Source of the DNA: an uncultured Acidimicrobiaceae bacterium
Lineage (GTDB): Bacteria; Actinomycetota; Acidimicrobiia; Spongiisociales; ZC4RG35
Length of the DNA: 27,906 nucleotides
Assembly (NCBI GenBank): GCA_964586615.1
Contig: CAZPIZ010000004.1
Coordinates: 1 to 27,906, forward strand
Direction of reading: 5' to 3'
The first letter of the stretch is position 1; each line of letters begins with the position of its first letter. This document shows positions 7,187 through 16,839 of the stretch, piece by piece. The notes beneath the pieces are model-generated. The model made no database searches and was not told the origin of the DNA. It saw nothing but the letters and a program-made list of their open reading frames with translations. A program made the position numbers and the translations under genes.

Positions 7187-7771
7187 CTAGTGGCGCGAGG
7201 CCGACCCGGCCTGGGCCCTGGCCCCTCGCTTGAACCAGCGAATGGGGCGGCGGAGTTCGAACTCCACGAAACGCCCCAGACCCACCGCCAGGAACACATC
7301 TCCAAGTGACAGGACCTGGCCGTAGTTGGCGATCCGGATCGGGATCACGTCCGCCAGGAAGACCAACCTCGACGCCTCGTCCAGCACCACATGCTTGAAG
7401 CCCTCGGCGATCACCGGGGCACCCGGGGCAAATCCGGAGGCGACCTCGGCGGCTTCGGTCAGAACGGGCATACCTCCGTTGAGGGCGATGACCGTGAAAT
7501 TCATCAGGACGCCGAGGCCGGCGAGCCAGAGGCCCGGTCGGTCACGGTTGATGACGACCAGTACCACCAACAGTAAGTAGCTCAAGAGGATCAGCGCCAC
7601 TCCCCAGTTGGCGGCAGAGCTCGGGATGAACTGGGCGCCGATCTGCAGGATGAAACCGAGGGGCAACAGCCACCAATGGTTCAGGTGGATATCCCCCAGG
7701 TTGACCATCCGTCCCCCGCGCAGAATCGCGATGGCCATAGATAAGAACAAAACCATCGCAAGCCATAGCAT
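7187..7771 (-). CDS. DUF5317-like multi-TM membrane protein
   Basis: LRGGR N-terminus, GVLMN..IALNGGMPV, FLADVIP and SLGDVFL motifs recognised as DUF5317-like. TACCGT lies 6 nt upstream of the ATG. Convergent with the HD-GYP pair, stops 3 nt apart. Confidence 0.8.
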   Translation of the reverse strand: MLWLAMVLFLSMAIAILRGGRMVNLGDIHLNHWWLLPLGFILQIGAQFIPSSAANWGVALILLSYLLLVVLVVINRDRPGLWLAGLGVLMNFTVIALNGGMPVLTEAAEVASGFAPGAPVIAEGFKHVVLDEASRLVFLADVIPIRIANYGQVLSLGDVFLAVGLGRFVEFELRRPIRWFKRGARAQAGSASRH

Positions 7772-7806
7772 GGGGCGACGGTATCACATGGAGGAAACTG
7801 AGCCCG

Positions 7807-8574
7807 ATGGTGCGATATGAAACCGCTGGAGTTCGTGCGACGATCACGATCGACGAGCCCGAGCGTCGCAATCCGTTGTCGACAGCGACGATGGCCGAAC
7901 TCCTCGAGCATACGCGGGCTGCCCAGGCCGATCCATCGGTGAGGGTGATCGTGTATACGGGCGCCGGAGATCGGGCCTTCTCGGCCGGGGGCGATCTTTC
8001 GTCGGGGTTCGTGGACGATCCCATTGGTCTCCACCGGGACCGGGGTGTCCTGGCAGACCTGTTCCGGGCCATGTGGCGGGGAGGCAAACCAACGATCGCC
8101 CGGGTGAACGGGCACGCCCTGGCCGGGGGTTTTGGTCTGGCGGTGGCGTGCGACATCACTATCTGCGTCGACGACGCCAACCTTGGCACACCCGAGATCG
8201 ACGTCGGCTTGTGGCCGATGATGATCACCGTGCCCCTTTTACGAGCTATGCCGGCCAAGGCGGTTCTGGAGTTGATGATGTCGGGCAGGATCATCAGTCC
8301 GAACGAAGCTCTCCAGCTCGGTGCGGTTTCCCGCGTGGTTGCGAGGTCCGAACTCGACCCGGTGGTGGACACAATCGTCAGCGAGCTTGCCGCCAAGAGC
8401 CCGGCCGTGATGATGCTCGGACGTGATGCCTTCCACGCAGTGGTGGGCCTGGACATCGACGCCGCTTTCGAGTACCTCCAGGCCGGTCTGACCGCGGTTG
8501 CTCTTACCGAGGATGCCCGGGAGGGAGTGGCGGCCTTTGTCGAGAAGCGGCCGCCCCGCTGGATCGGTCGTTGA
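7807..8574 (+). CDS. Enoyl-CoA hydratase/isomerase family protein
   Basis: AFSAGGDL, KPTIARVNGHALAGGFGL, GTPEIDVGL and EDAREGVAAFVEKRPP. Confidence 0.93.
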   Translation: MVRYETAGVRATITIDEPERRNPLSTATMAELLEHTRAAQADPSVRVIVYTGAGDRAFSAGGDLSSGFVDDPIGLHRDRGVLADLFRAMWRGGKPTIARVNGHALAGGFGLAVACDITICVDDANLGTPEIDVGLWPMMITVPLLRAMPAKAVLELMMSGRIISPNEALQLGAVSRVVARSELDPVVDTIVSELAAKSPAVMMLGRDAFHAVVGLDIDAAFEYLQAGLTAVALTEDAREGVAAFVEKRPPRWIGR

Positions 8575-8612
8575 CCGCTGGCGTCCAATACTGGCCGGGT
8601 TAGCCTGAGGCG

Positions 8613-9299
8613 GTGACGGCGGGCAAGCAACCGAGATACCTTGCGATTGCGGGATGGGCCCTGATCGGGTCGGGTTTGTTGATTGCTCTCTTCCTTTTCT
8701 ATCAGTTGTTCGTCACGGATCTCATCAACTCCCGATCGCAGGAAGCTGCCTCTAAAGATCTTGTGGTCGTGCTCGCAGATAGACGTGACGATCTGGTTGC
8801 GTCTTCCAGCACAACGACCACTTCCCAGGTCGTTGCGGCCCCCGAGCTGCTGGTCGAGCCGGAAGTGGATTCTGGTGAGCCCTTTGCCCGGCTGGTCATC
8901 GAGCGGATCGAGCTGGATGCAGTCGTATTCGAGGGCGTCGATCGTGCCACGCTCAAGTCGGGGCCCGGTCATATGCCGAGCACCCCTCTCCCGGGTCAAC
9001 CGGGCAATGCCGTGATCAGCGGGCACCGGACAACGTATGGGCGCCCGTTCTACGACCTCGATCTACTCGTCCCCGGTGACGAGATCGAGGTTGAGACCGC
9101 CCTCGGAATCAGCACCTACGCGGTTCGTGACGTCCTGATCGTGGCACCGACAGACGTCTGGGTCGCCAACAACATTGATGGCGCCTGGCTCACCCTCACC
9201 ACCTGTAATCCCCGATTTTCCGCGGCGGAACGGCTCGTGATCCAGGCCGAATTGGTTGACGGCCCCAACCTCGAGTACGTGGAGGCCGAGGCCGCATGA
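8613..9299 (+). CDS. Sortase (class E-like)
   Basis: N-terminal TM, GPGH, catalytic His in ISGHRTTYGRPF, LTLTTC and downstream Arg (AERL). TAGCCT lies 6 nt upstream of the GTG. Confidence 0.9.
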   Translation: MTAGKQPRYLAIAGWALIGSGLLIALFLFYQLFVTDLINSRSQEAASKDLVVVLADRRDDLVASSSTTTTSQVVAAPELLVEPEVDSGEPFARLVIERIELDAVVFEGVDRATLKSGPGHMPSTPLPGQPGNAVISGHRTTYGRPFYDLDLLVPGDEIEVETALGISTYAVRDVLIVAPTDVWVANNIDGAWLTLTTCNPRFSAAERLVIQAELVDGPNLEYVEAEAA

Positions 9300-9418
9300 A
9301 GCGATGGCAGAAAGTGCTGTTGATAGTGCTCGGATCGCTGGTCGGTCTCGTAGCACTCTTCTTCTTGTTCGAGTGGGCCGGGGACCTCCTCGACTCCGGT
9401 GGGACGATAGGCGGGTAG
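9296..9418 (+). CDS. Small 40-aa single-TM protein MKRWQKVLLIVLGSLVGLVALFFLFEWAGDLLDSGGTIGG
   Basis: Translated by hand. ATGA overlap with the sortase stop suggests translational coupling. Basic N-terminus and a clear TM helix. Confidence 0.65.
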   Translation: MKRWQKVLLIVLGSLVGLVALFFLFEWAGDLLDSGGTIGG

Positions 9419-9438
9419 GGGGATTAGCCTCCCCTGCC

Positions 9439-10050
9439 ATGTCTTTCCTGAGCCGCAAACGGGCCGAACTGACCGAGGGAGGTCTCGATTCCTCCAGGGT
9501 TCCGCCAGGTCAGTATGTGACCAAGCGTTTTCCTGTTCTACACGCGGGGGTTACGCCGCGGGTCGAGCTTTCGAAGTGGGATTTCCGGGTCGAAGGCCTG
9601 GTCGAGGAGCCCGCCACCTGGACCTATCGGGACATCCTCGACATGCCCCAATCCGAGCCGACGTTCGATATTCATTGCGTCACCAAATGGTCCAAGCTCG
9701 ACACAACCTGGCGAGGGGTGGCGGTCACCGAGTTGATGTCGCGCCTCAAGCCATCGGCCGGCGCCAGCCACGTGCTCGTTTTCGCCGAGCAGGGTTTCAC
9801 CGCCAACATCCCGCTGGCCGACTTCACCCGGCCCGAGAACCTCTTCGCTCATACCTTCGGCGGTGAGCCGCTGGAGCCCGACCACGGGTGGCCGCTGCGG
9901 CTGGTCGTACCTCACCTCTACTTCTGGAAGTCGGTGAAATGGGTGCGGGGTCTGCGCTTCCTTGACCAGGACACCCCCGGCTTCTGGGAGCGCAACGGAT
10001 ACCACATGTACGGCGATCCCTGGCGGGAACAGCGCTACTGGGGCGACTGA
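9439..10050 (+). CDS. Sulfite oxidase-like molybdopterin-dependent oxidoreductase
   Basis: RVPPGQ, FPVLH, Mo-ligand Cys in DIHCVTKWS, HGWPLRL, YFWKSVKW and GFWERNGYH. Start moved to ATG 9439 (TAGCCT 8 nt upstream). Confidence 0.9.
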   Translation: MSFLSRKRAELTEGGLDSSRVPPGQYVTKRFPVLHAGVTPRVELSKWDFRVEGLVEEPATWTYRDILDMPQSEPTFDIHCVTKWSKLDTTWRGVAVTELMSRLKPSAGASHVLVFAEQGFTANIPLADFTRPENLFAHTFGGEPLEPDHGWPLRLVVPHLYFWKSVKWVRGLRFLDQDTPGFWERNGYHMYGDPWREQRYWGD

Positions 10051-10058
10051 AACCCCCC

Positions 10059-10106
10059 TTCTTGTGACGGTTCACCACCTTGGCGGTAGGTCAACCGTCA
10101 CAAGAA
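10059..10106. repeat. 48-bp REP-like palindrome, copy L
   Basis: TTCTTGTGACGGTT-N20-AACCGTCACAAGAA, a perfect 14-bp inverted arm. 39/48 identical to 11080-11127. Confidence 0.9.
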
Positions 10107-10149
10107 CAGACCTCTTCTCATCGGTTGCCCCTTCGTTCAATGTTGCACG

Positions 10150-11088
10150 GTGGACCGGATCGTCAGCGATATGGGCGACGCCCAACATGGAGTACTCGGC
10201 CGGGCTCAAGCACACTCGTCTGGTCTGACGAATCGCCAGATCGATGTTCGTAAGAGCCAGGGTCGATGGGACCAGAACCTGCGGGGAACTTATCGCATCG
10301 GAGGGGCCGCACCCAACTGGCGTCAAGAACTCATGGCGGCAGTTTTGGCCGGGGGTCCGGGCACGGCCGTCTCCCATCGGGCGGCCCTCGAACTGCACGG
10401 CATCATGCCCTTCGCTCAGGTTGTGGAAGTCGTGACGCCCCGACCGCGCCGTTTTCGAACTCAGGGAGAGGTGACCATCCACACGTCGATGGTCCTCCCG
10501 GAAGAAGACTCCACGGTCGTCGATGGGATCGTCGTGGCAACCGTAGAGCGGGCCTTGCTCGACGGTGGAGCGGTGGTGAGTGATCGCAAACTCCAGTACT
10601 GCGTGGACGCTGCCGTTCGCCTGGGTCTTACAGATCACGAGCAACTCGCCAGTCTTCTCATGGCCCGGCGTAAGAAAGGCCGGCGTGGGGTGGGTCGTCT
10701 TGAACGGGTTCTCGAGCAATCACCTGACGGTTCGGTGCCTGAAAGCCGATATGAACGAGCGGCACTGACAATCGTTCGTGACTTCGGCCTCGAAGAGCCG
10801 GTTCTCCAGTATGTGGTCGTGCTGCCGTCAGGACGCAGGGTGAGGATCGACCTTGCTTGGCCACCGTCGTGGCTTGGAGTCGAGATCGACGGCCACGGCT
10901 ACCACTCGACGCGAAGCGAGCGCGCTTATGACGCCGAGCGAGACAATGAGCTTTCGCTGATCGGATGGAACATGCTCCACTTCACAACCGACCAGGTCTT
11001 CAAGCAGCCGGGCCTCGTCGGCAACACAATCTGGCGGGCCCTGCAGACGGCCAAGGCCGGTGCCGACATCCCCAACTCATTCTTGTGA
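10150..11088 (+). CDS. AbiEi-antitoxin-like N-terminal domain plus DUF559 (Vsr-like/PD-(D/E)xK) endonuclease domain protein
   Basis: QHGVLGRAQ N-terminus, AVSHRAALELHG, TVERALLD, ESRYE, and C-terminal RIDLAWP..LGVEIDGHGYH..DAERDNEL...GWNMLHFT. Confidence 0.85.
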   Translation: MDRIVSDMGDAQHGVLGRAQAHSSGLTNRQIDVRKSQGRWDQNLRGTYRIGGAAPNWRQELMAAVLAGGPGTAVSHRAALELHGIMPFAQVVEVVTPRPRRFRTQGEVTIHTSMVLPEEDSTVVDGIVVATVERALLDGGAVVSDRKLQYCVDAAVRLGLTDHEQLASLLMARRKKGRRGVGRLERVLEQSPDGSVPESRYERAALTIVRDFGLEEPVLQYVVVLPSGRRVRIDLAWPPSWLGVEIDGHGYHSTRSERAYDAERDNELSLIGWNMLHFTTDQVFKQPGLVGNTIWRALQTAKAGADIPNSFL

Positions 11089-11127
11089 CGCTTTGCCCCT
11101 CCTGTGGTAGGTCAACCGTCACAAGAA
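11080..11127. repeat. 48-bp REP-like palindrome, copy R (contains the stop codon of the DUF559 gene)
   Basis: TTCTTGTGACG-N26-CGTCACAAGAA with 11-bp perfect arms. The last 22 nt are identical to copy L. Confidence 0.9.
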
Positions 11128-11135
11128 GAGGGGAT

Positions 11136-13763
<2,628 letters not shown>

Positions 13764-13861
13764 TGCCACGGAGTGTACTTTGAACCCCGGACGGTTCTGC
13801 AGAGGGCATCCACGAAACCCCGACATCCTTCTGCCAATCGAAAGACGATGGATCTTTGCGG

Positions 13862-13889
13862 AGTACCAAGTACCAAGTACTCGGTACTG
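13862..13889. repeat. Four tandem heptamers with a GTAC core (AGTACCA AGTACCA AGTACTC GGTACTG)
   Basis: Seen directly in the spacer between the regulator gene and acnA. Confidence 0.7.
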
Positions 13890-13895
13890 GCGGCA

Positions 13896-14627
13896 CTAGC
13901 GCCTGATCGTCACCGGGATCTGGGTGACACAGTCCTCGTCGAGCATGGTGTGAGGGATGACCACCGGAACGCAGTCCTGGCGCAGCACCCCCATGATCCC
14001 GGCGACCATGCCCCGGTCGAGTGAACAGACGACCTCGGGGTGACCGGTGGCTGCTTCACCGAAGGGGCAGTGACTGGTTACCAATCGTTGCCCTTCGAGA
14101 TCGGCGCTGACCTCGAAGCCGACCCCACCCATCACCTTGGCCAGGGCCTGGACCGCTCCTACGTATCCCGGGTCGTCCGGGGTGCCGAGCGATTCGGCCA
14201 ATTCGCGGCCGTACTCGCGCCCCACCTTTTCGGCCACGTCGGCAATCCCTGCGGGCTTCACATCGTCGAGCACTCGTACCAGGAGTTCGACCAGAAGGTC
14301 GTAACGCCGACCGGGATGGATCGAAATCGACTTGGAGGTCGCCTCGTAACACTTGGCGGGCCGTCCGGCGCCAGGACCCGTGCGGCCATTCTTCCGCTGG
14401 TGGGTGATACGGACGTATCCCTCCTCGGCCAATTTGTCGAGGTGATGGCGGGCAACATTGGGATGTATCGAGAACAATTCGGCGATGCGCCCGCTTGTCA
14501 CGGGTTCGGCCGACTGCCTCACTGCGAGGTAGATCCCGCGACGAGTCGGATCGCCCAGCGCAGCCGCGAGGTCACCGATGCTGCGGTCGAGGCTGCTCGA
14601 ATCGAGGGAAGAAAGGCTCATCTCCAC
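13896..14627 (-). CDS. ArsR-type HTH transcriptional regulator, SufR-like with C-terminal Cys cluster
   Basis: ALGDPTRRGIY, IAELFSIHPNVARHHLDKL, GAGRPAKCY, then HCPF-x-C with a C-x13-C-x17-C-x13-C arrangement. Confidence 0.85.
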   Translation of the reverse strand: MEMSLSSLDSSSLDRSIGDLAAALGDPTRRGIYLAVRQSAEPVTSGRIAELFSIHPNVARHHLDKLAEEGYVRITHQRKNGRTGPGAGRPAKCYEATSKSISIHPGRRYDLLVELLVRVLDDVKPAGIADVAEKVGREYGRELAESLGTPDDPGYVGAVQALAKVMGGVGFEVSADLEGQRLVTSHCPFGEAATGHPEVVCSLDRGMVAGIMGVLRQDCVPVVIPHTMLDEDCVTQIPVTIRR

Positions 14628-14632
14628 CTGAA

Positions 14633-14640
14633 ACTATAGT
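14633..14640. promoter_or_regulatory. Palindromic ACTATAGT giving a TATAGT -10 box on both strands (candidate bidirectional promoter)
   Basis: The minus-strand TATAGT ends 5 nt before GTG 14627. The plus-strand TATAGT ends 38 nt before the mrp start, which has an AGGGG SD-like site. Confidence 0.55.
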
Positions 14641-14678
14641 GACCGGGCCCTTCTAGCCACTATCTGCGTAGGGGAAAC

Positions 14679-15758
14679 GTGCCTGTTTCGGAAGACCAAA
14701 GACTTGCTATCGAGGCTGTCATCGATCCCCTTCTGGCCCGGAGTATCGGGGAGTTGACGATGGTCGCCTCCCTGGAAAAAGGGCTCTTGGGTGGCCTCAA
14801 GGCCTCGATTTCGCTGCCGGTGCCCAACTATCTGTACGGCGACGAGTTGCGCAAACGGATTGCGGCAGCCGCGGGGGAGCGTGTGACCGTCGAGACCGCC
14901 GTCATGGACGATGACGCTCGCACCGCGATGATGACCCGTCTTCGCGACTCGGCCGGGCCCAGGGTCGGCCAGGGCGGATCCCCGACCCGCGTGATTGCGG
15001 TGTCCTCGGGCAAGGGGGGCGTCGGCAAGTCGTCTGTGACCACCAACCTGGCGGTCGCCCTGGGCCGTTTGGGCAAACGGGTCGGTGTTATCGACGCCGA
15101 CATCTGGGGCTTCTCGATCCCGAAAATGCTCGGAATCACAGACGGCCCCGTCGTCATCGACCAGTCGATCATCCCCCCCATCGCCTACGGGATCAAAGCC
15201 ATGTCGATGGACTATTTCGTGCCCGAAGACAAGGCCGTGGTCTGGCGCGGTCCGATGCTTCATAAAGCGATCGAACAATTCCTGACCGATGTCTTCTGGG
15301 ACTCACCTGACTACCTCATCGTCGACATGCCGCCTGGAACCGGCGACATCGCTATCTCGATGAGCCAGTTCTTGCCCCGCGCTCAGGTCTTGTTGGTCAC
15401 CACCCCGCAGCCGACGGCCCAAAGGGTCGCCCGACGGGCTGCTCTGATGGCCGAAACGGTCAATCAGGAGGTGATCGGCGTGGTCGAGAACATGAGCTGG
15501 TTCATTGCCGACGACGGTCGCCGATACGAGATTTTCGGCCGGGGTGGAGGTCAGGCGCTAGCCGACGAGGTGGGGGTTCCGCTGTTCGGCCAGGTGCCTC
15601 TTCTTCCGGCGATGCGTGAGGGTGCCGATGTCGGTCTACCGGTGGCCCTGGCCGCTCCCGGGAGTGAAGCAGCGGCCGCATTCGATGCGATCGCGGCCGA
15701 AATCGACAAGAGAAAACCGCGGGTTCGAAGCCACCCGCAGTTGGTGATCAACTCCTAG
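14679..15758 (+). CDS. mrp: Mrp/NBP35 (ApbC-like) P-loop ATPase, cysteine-free variant
   Basis: SGKGGVGKS, DADIWGFSIP, VWRGPMLHKA, DMPPGTGD, VTTPQ and VENMS. The usual CxxC after ENMS is replaced by WFIADDGRR. Confidence 0.92.
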   Translation: MPVSEDQRLAIEAVIDPLLARSIGELTMVASLEKGLLGGLKASISLPVPNYLYGDELRKRIAAAAGERVTVETAVMDDDARTAMMTRLRDSAGPRVGQGGSPTRVIAVSSGKGGVGKSSVTTNLAVALGRLGKRVGVIDADIWGFSIPKMLGITDGPVVIDQSIIPPIAYGIKAMSMDYFVPEDKAVVWRGPMLHKAIEQFLTDVFWDSPDYLIVDMPPGTGDIAISMSQFLPRAQVLLVTTPQPTAQRVARRAALMAETVNQEVIGVVENMSWFIADDGRRYEIFGRGGGQALADEVGVPLFGQVPLLPAMREGADVGLPVALAAPGSEAAAAFDAIAAEIDKRKPRVRSHPQLVINS

Positions 15759-16083
15759 TTGCCTCGGTGACGAAGATGCCAAATCCGAGCAGAAGCGCCA
15801 CTATCGAGAACAGCAGGAACAAGACTGCAAGGGCAAGGAAACAGGTTCCGACGATTCCGCACACCTTCGCGGCCTGGGCCAGGCTCTGACCGTCGGGCGG
15901 CCTCCTTCCCTCGTTAATCGCCCGTAGCTCGTCGCTTGCGAGCTTCCAGGCGACCGGTCCCAACAGTTGACAAATGACGATCGACAAGATTCCCAGCACA
16001 AGTGCCGTGGCCGCCTGGCCCTGCTCGGGGTATGGCCCACCCTGCGGGGCGGGTGGGACTGGATTCTGAGGGACGTCGGTCAT
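15748..16083 (-). CDS. DUF4190-like small membrane protein (paralog 2)
   Basis: Pro-rich N-terminus, ATAALVLGILS and two TM helices. Start set at ATG 16083. Confidence 0.78.
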   Translation of the reverse strand: MTDVPQNPVPPAPQGGPYPEQGQAATALVLGILSIVICQLLGPVAWKLASDELRAINEGRRPPDGQSLAQAAKVCGIVGTCFLALAVLFLLFSIVALLLGFGIFVTEATRS

Positions 16084-16093
16084 TGAGTGCCTC

Positions 16094-16507
16094 CTAGACC
16101 GGTGGCAGGGTGCCGTTGATGAACCTCGCCAGCCAAACCACGATGAGCAACACAGCCACAACCATCAACCCTCCATTTATCAATGCCGCGCGCGGAGGTT
16201 TCCATCCCCAGAACCTTCGGCCAAGTGTCCAGATCACCGCGATCAGCCCCATGGTCAGGACGAGTGGGGCAAGGGGGTGATAACCCATCGACCTGTCTAT
16301 GTCTCCCCGCAGCAGGAAGGCCATCGCTCGGCTCATCCCGCAACCGGGACACGCCATCCCGGTGAAAAGTGCCACCGGGCAGAGGGTCGGGCCGTCGTCG
16401 CTGGGAGTGGCCATGGTCATGAGGGCGAATACGGCGGCCGGAGCCACCGCCAACCAATGCACATAACGCCGACCGGCGGGAAGATGGTCGTGGGTGGTGG
16501 AAGCCAC
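16094..16507 (-). CDS. DUF2752-like membrane protein
   Basis: CP...TGMACPGCGMSRA...L.GD......HPL motif plus TM helices. Confidence 0.85.
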   Translation of the reverse strand: MASTTHDHLPAGRRYVHWLAVAPAAVFALMTMATPSDDGPTLCPVALFTGMACPGCGMSRAMAFLLRGDIDRSMGYHPLAPLVLTMGLIAVIWTLGRRFWGWKPPRAALINGGLMVVAVLLIVVWLARFINGTLPPV

Positions 16508-16795
16508 TTATTGAAGGCTGTCTAGGAATGGAATCGCCAGAATTCCCGAGAACGCGAGAAACAGACCGAGCGCCGACAGGACAACGCCCACAATTCCGCA
16601 GATGCGGCCGGCATTGGCGGTCCCTCGGTTCTCGGGGGCGCGCCGCCCCTCATCGATTGCCTTCAACTCGTTGTTCCCCATCACCCAGGCAGCAATCCCC
16701 AGGAAGCCACAGCAAACGATGCTGAGGATTCCCAGGACAAGGATCGTCGTAGCCTGGCTCTGCTCTGGATACGGGCTCTGCACCGGGACGGTCAT
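16508..16795 (-). CDS. DUF4190-like small membrane protein (paralog 1)
   Basis: PYPEQSQATTILVLGILSIVCC...ANAGRICGIVG aligns without gaps to paralog 2. SD-like GAGGGAG upstream. Confidence 0.8.
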   Translation of the reverse strand: MTVPVQSPYPEQSQATTILVLGILSIVCCGFLGIAAWVMGNNELKAIDEGRRAPENRGTANAGRICGIVGVVLSALGLFLAFSGILAIPFLDSLQ

Positions 16796-16839
16796 GTCGG
16801 TTCGCTCTCCCTCTCTATTCTGATCCCGAGCCTAGATCG

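Noticed and set aside
261-9026. Long antisense or alternate-frame ORFs (e.g. 261..995, 2201..3460, 3507..4244, 5762..6646, 7542..9026) and similar ones throughout the window
   Set aside because: They overlap well-supported genes, have no recognisable motifs, and are expected shadows of high-GC codon usage.
10059-11127. CRISPR array or IS element interpretation of the 48-bp repeats
   Set aside because: Only two copies, separated by a 1-kb gene; no cas genes, no DDE/HUH/serine/tyrosine recombinase motif, and no clear target-site duplication.
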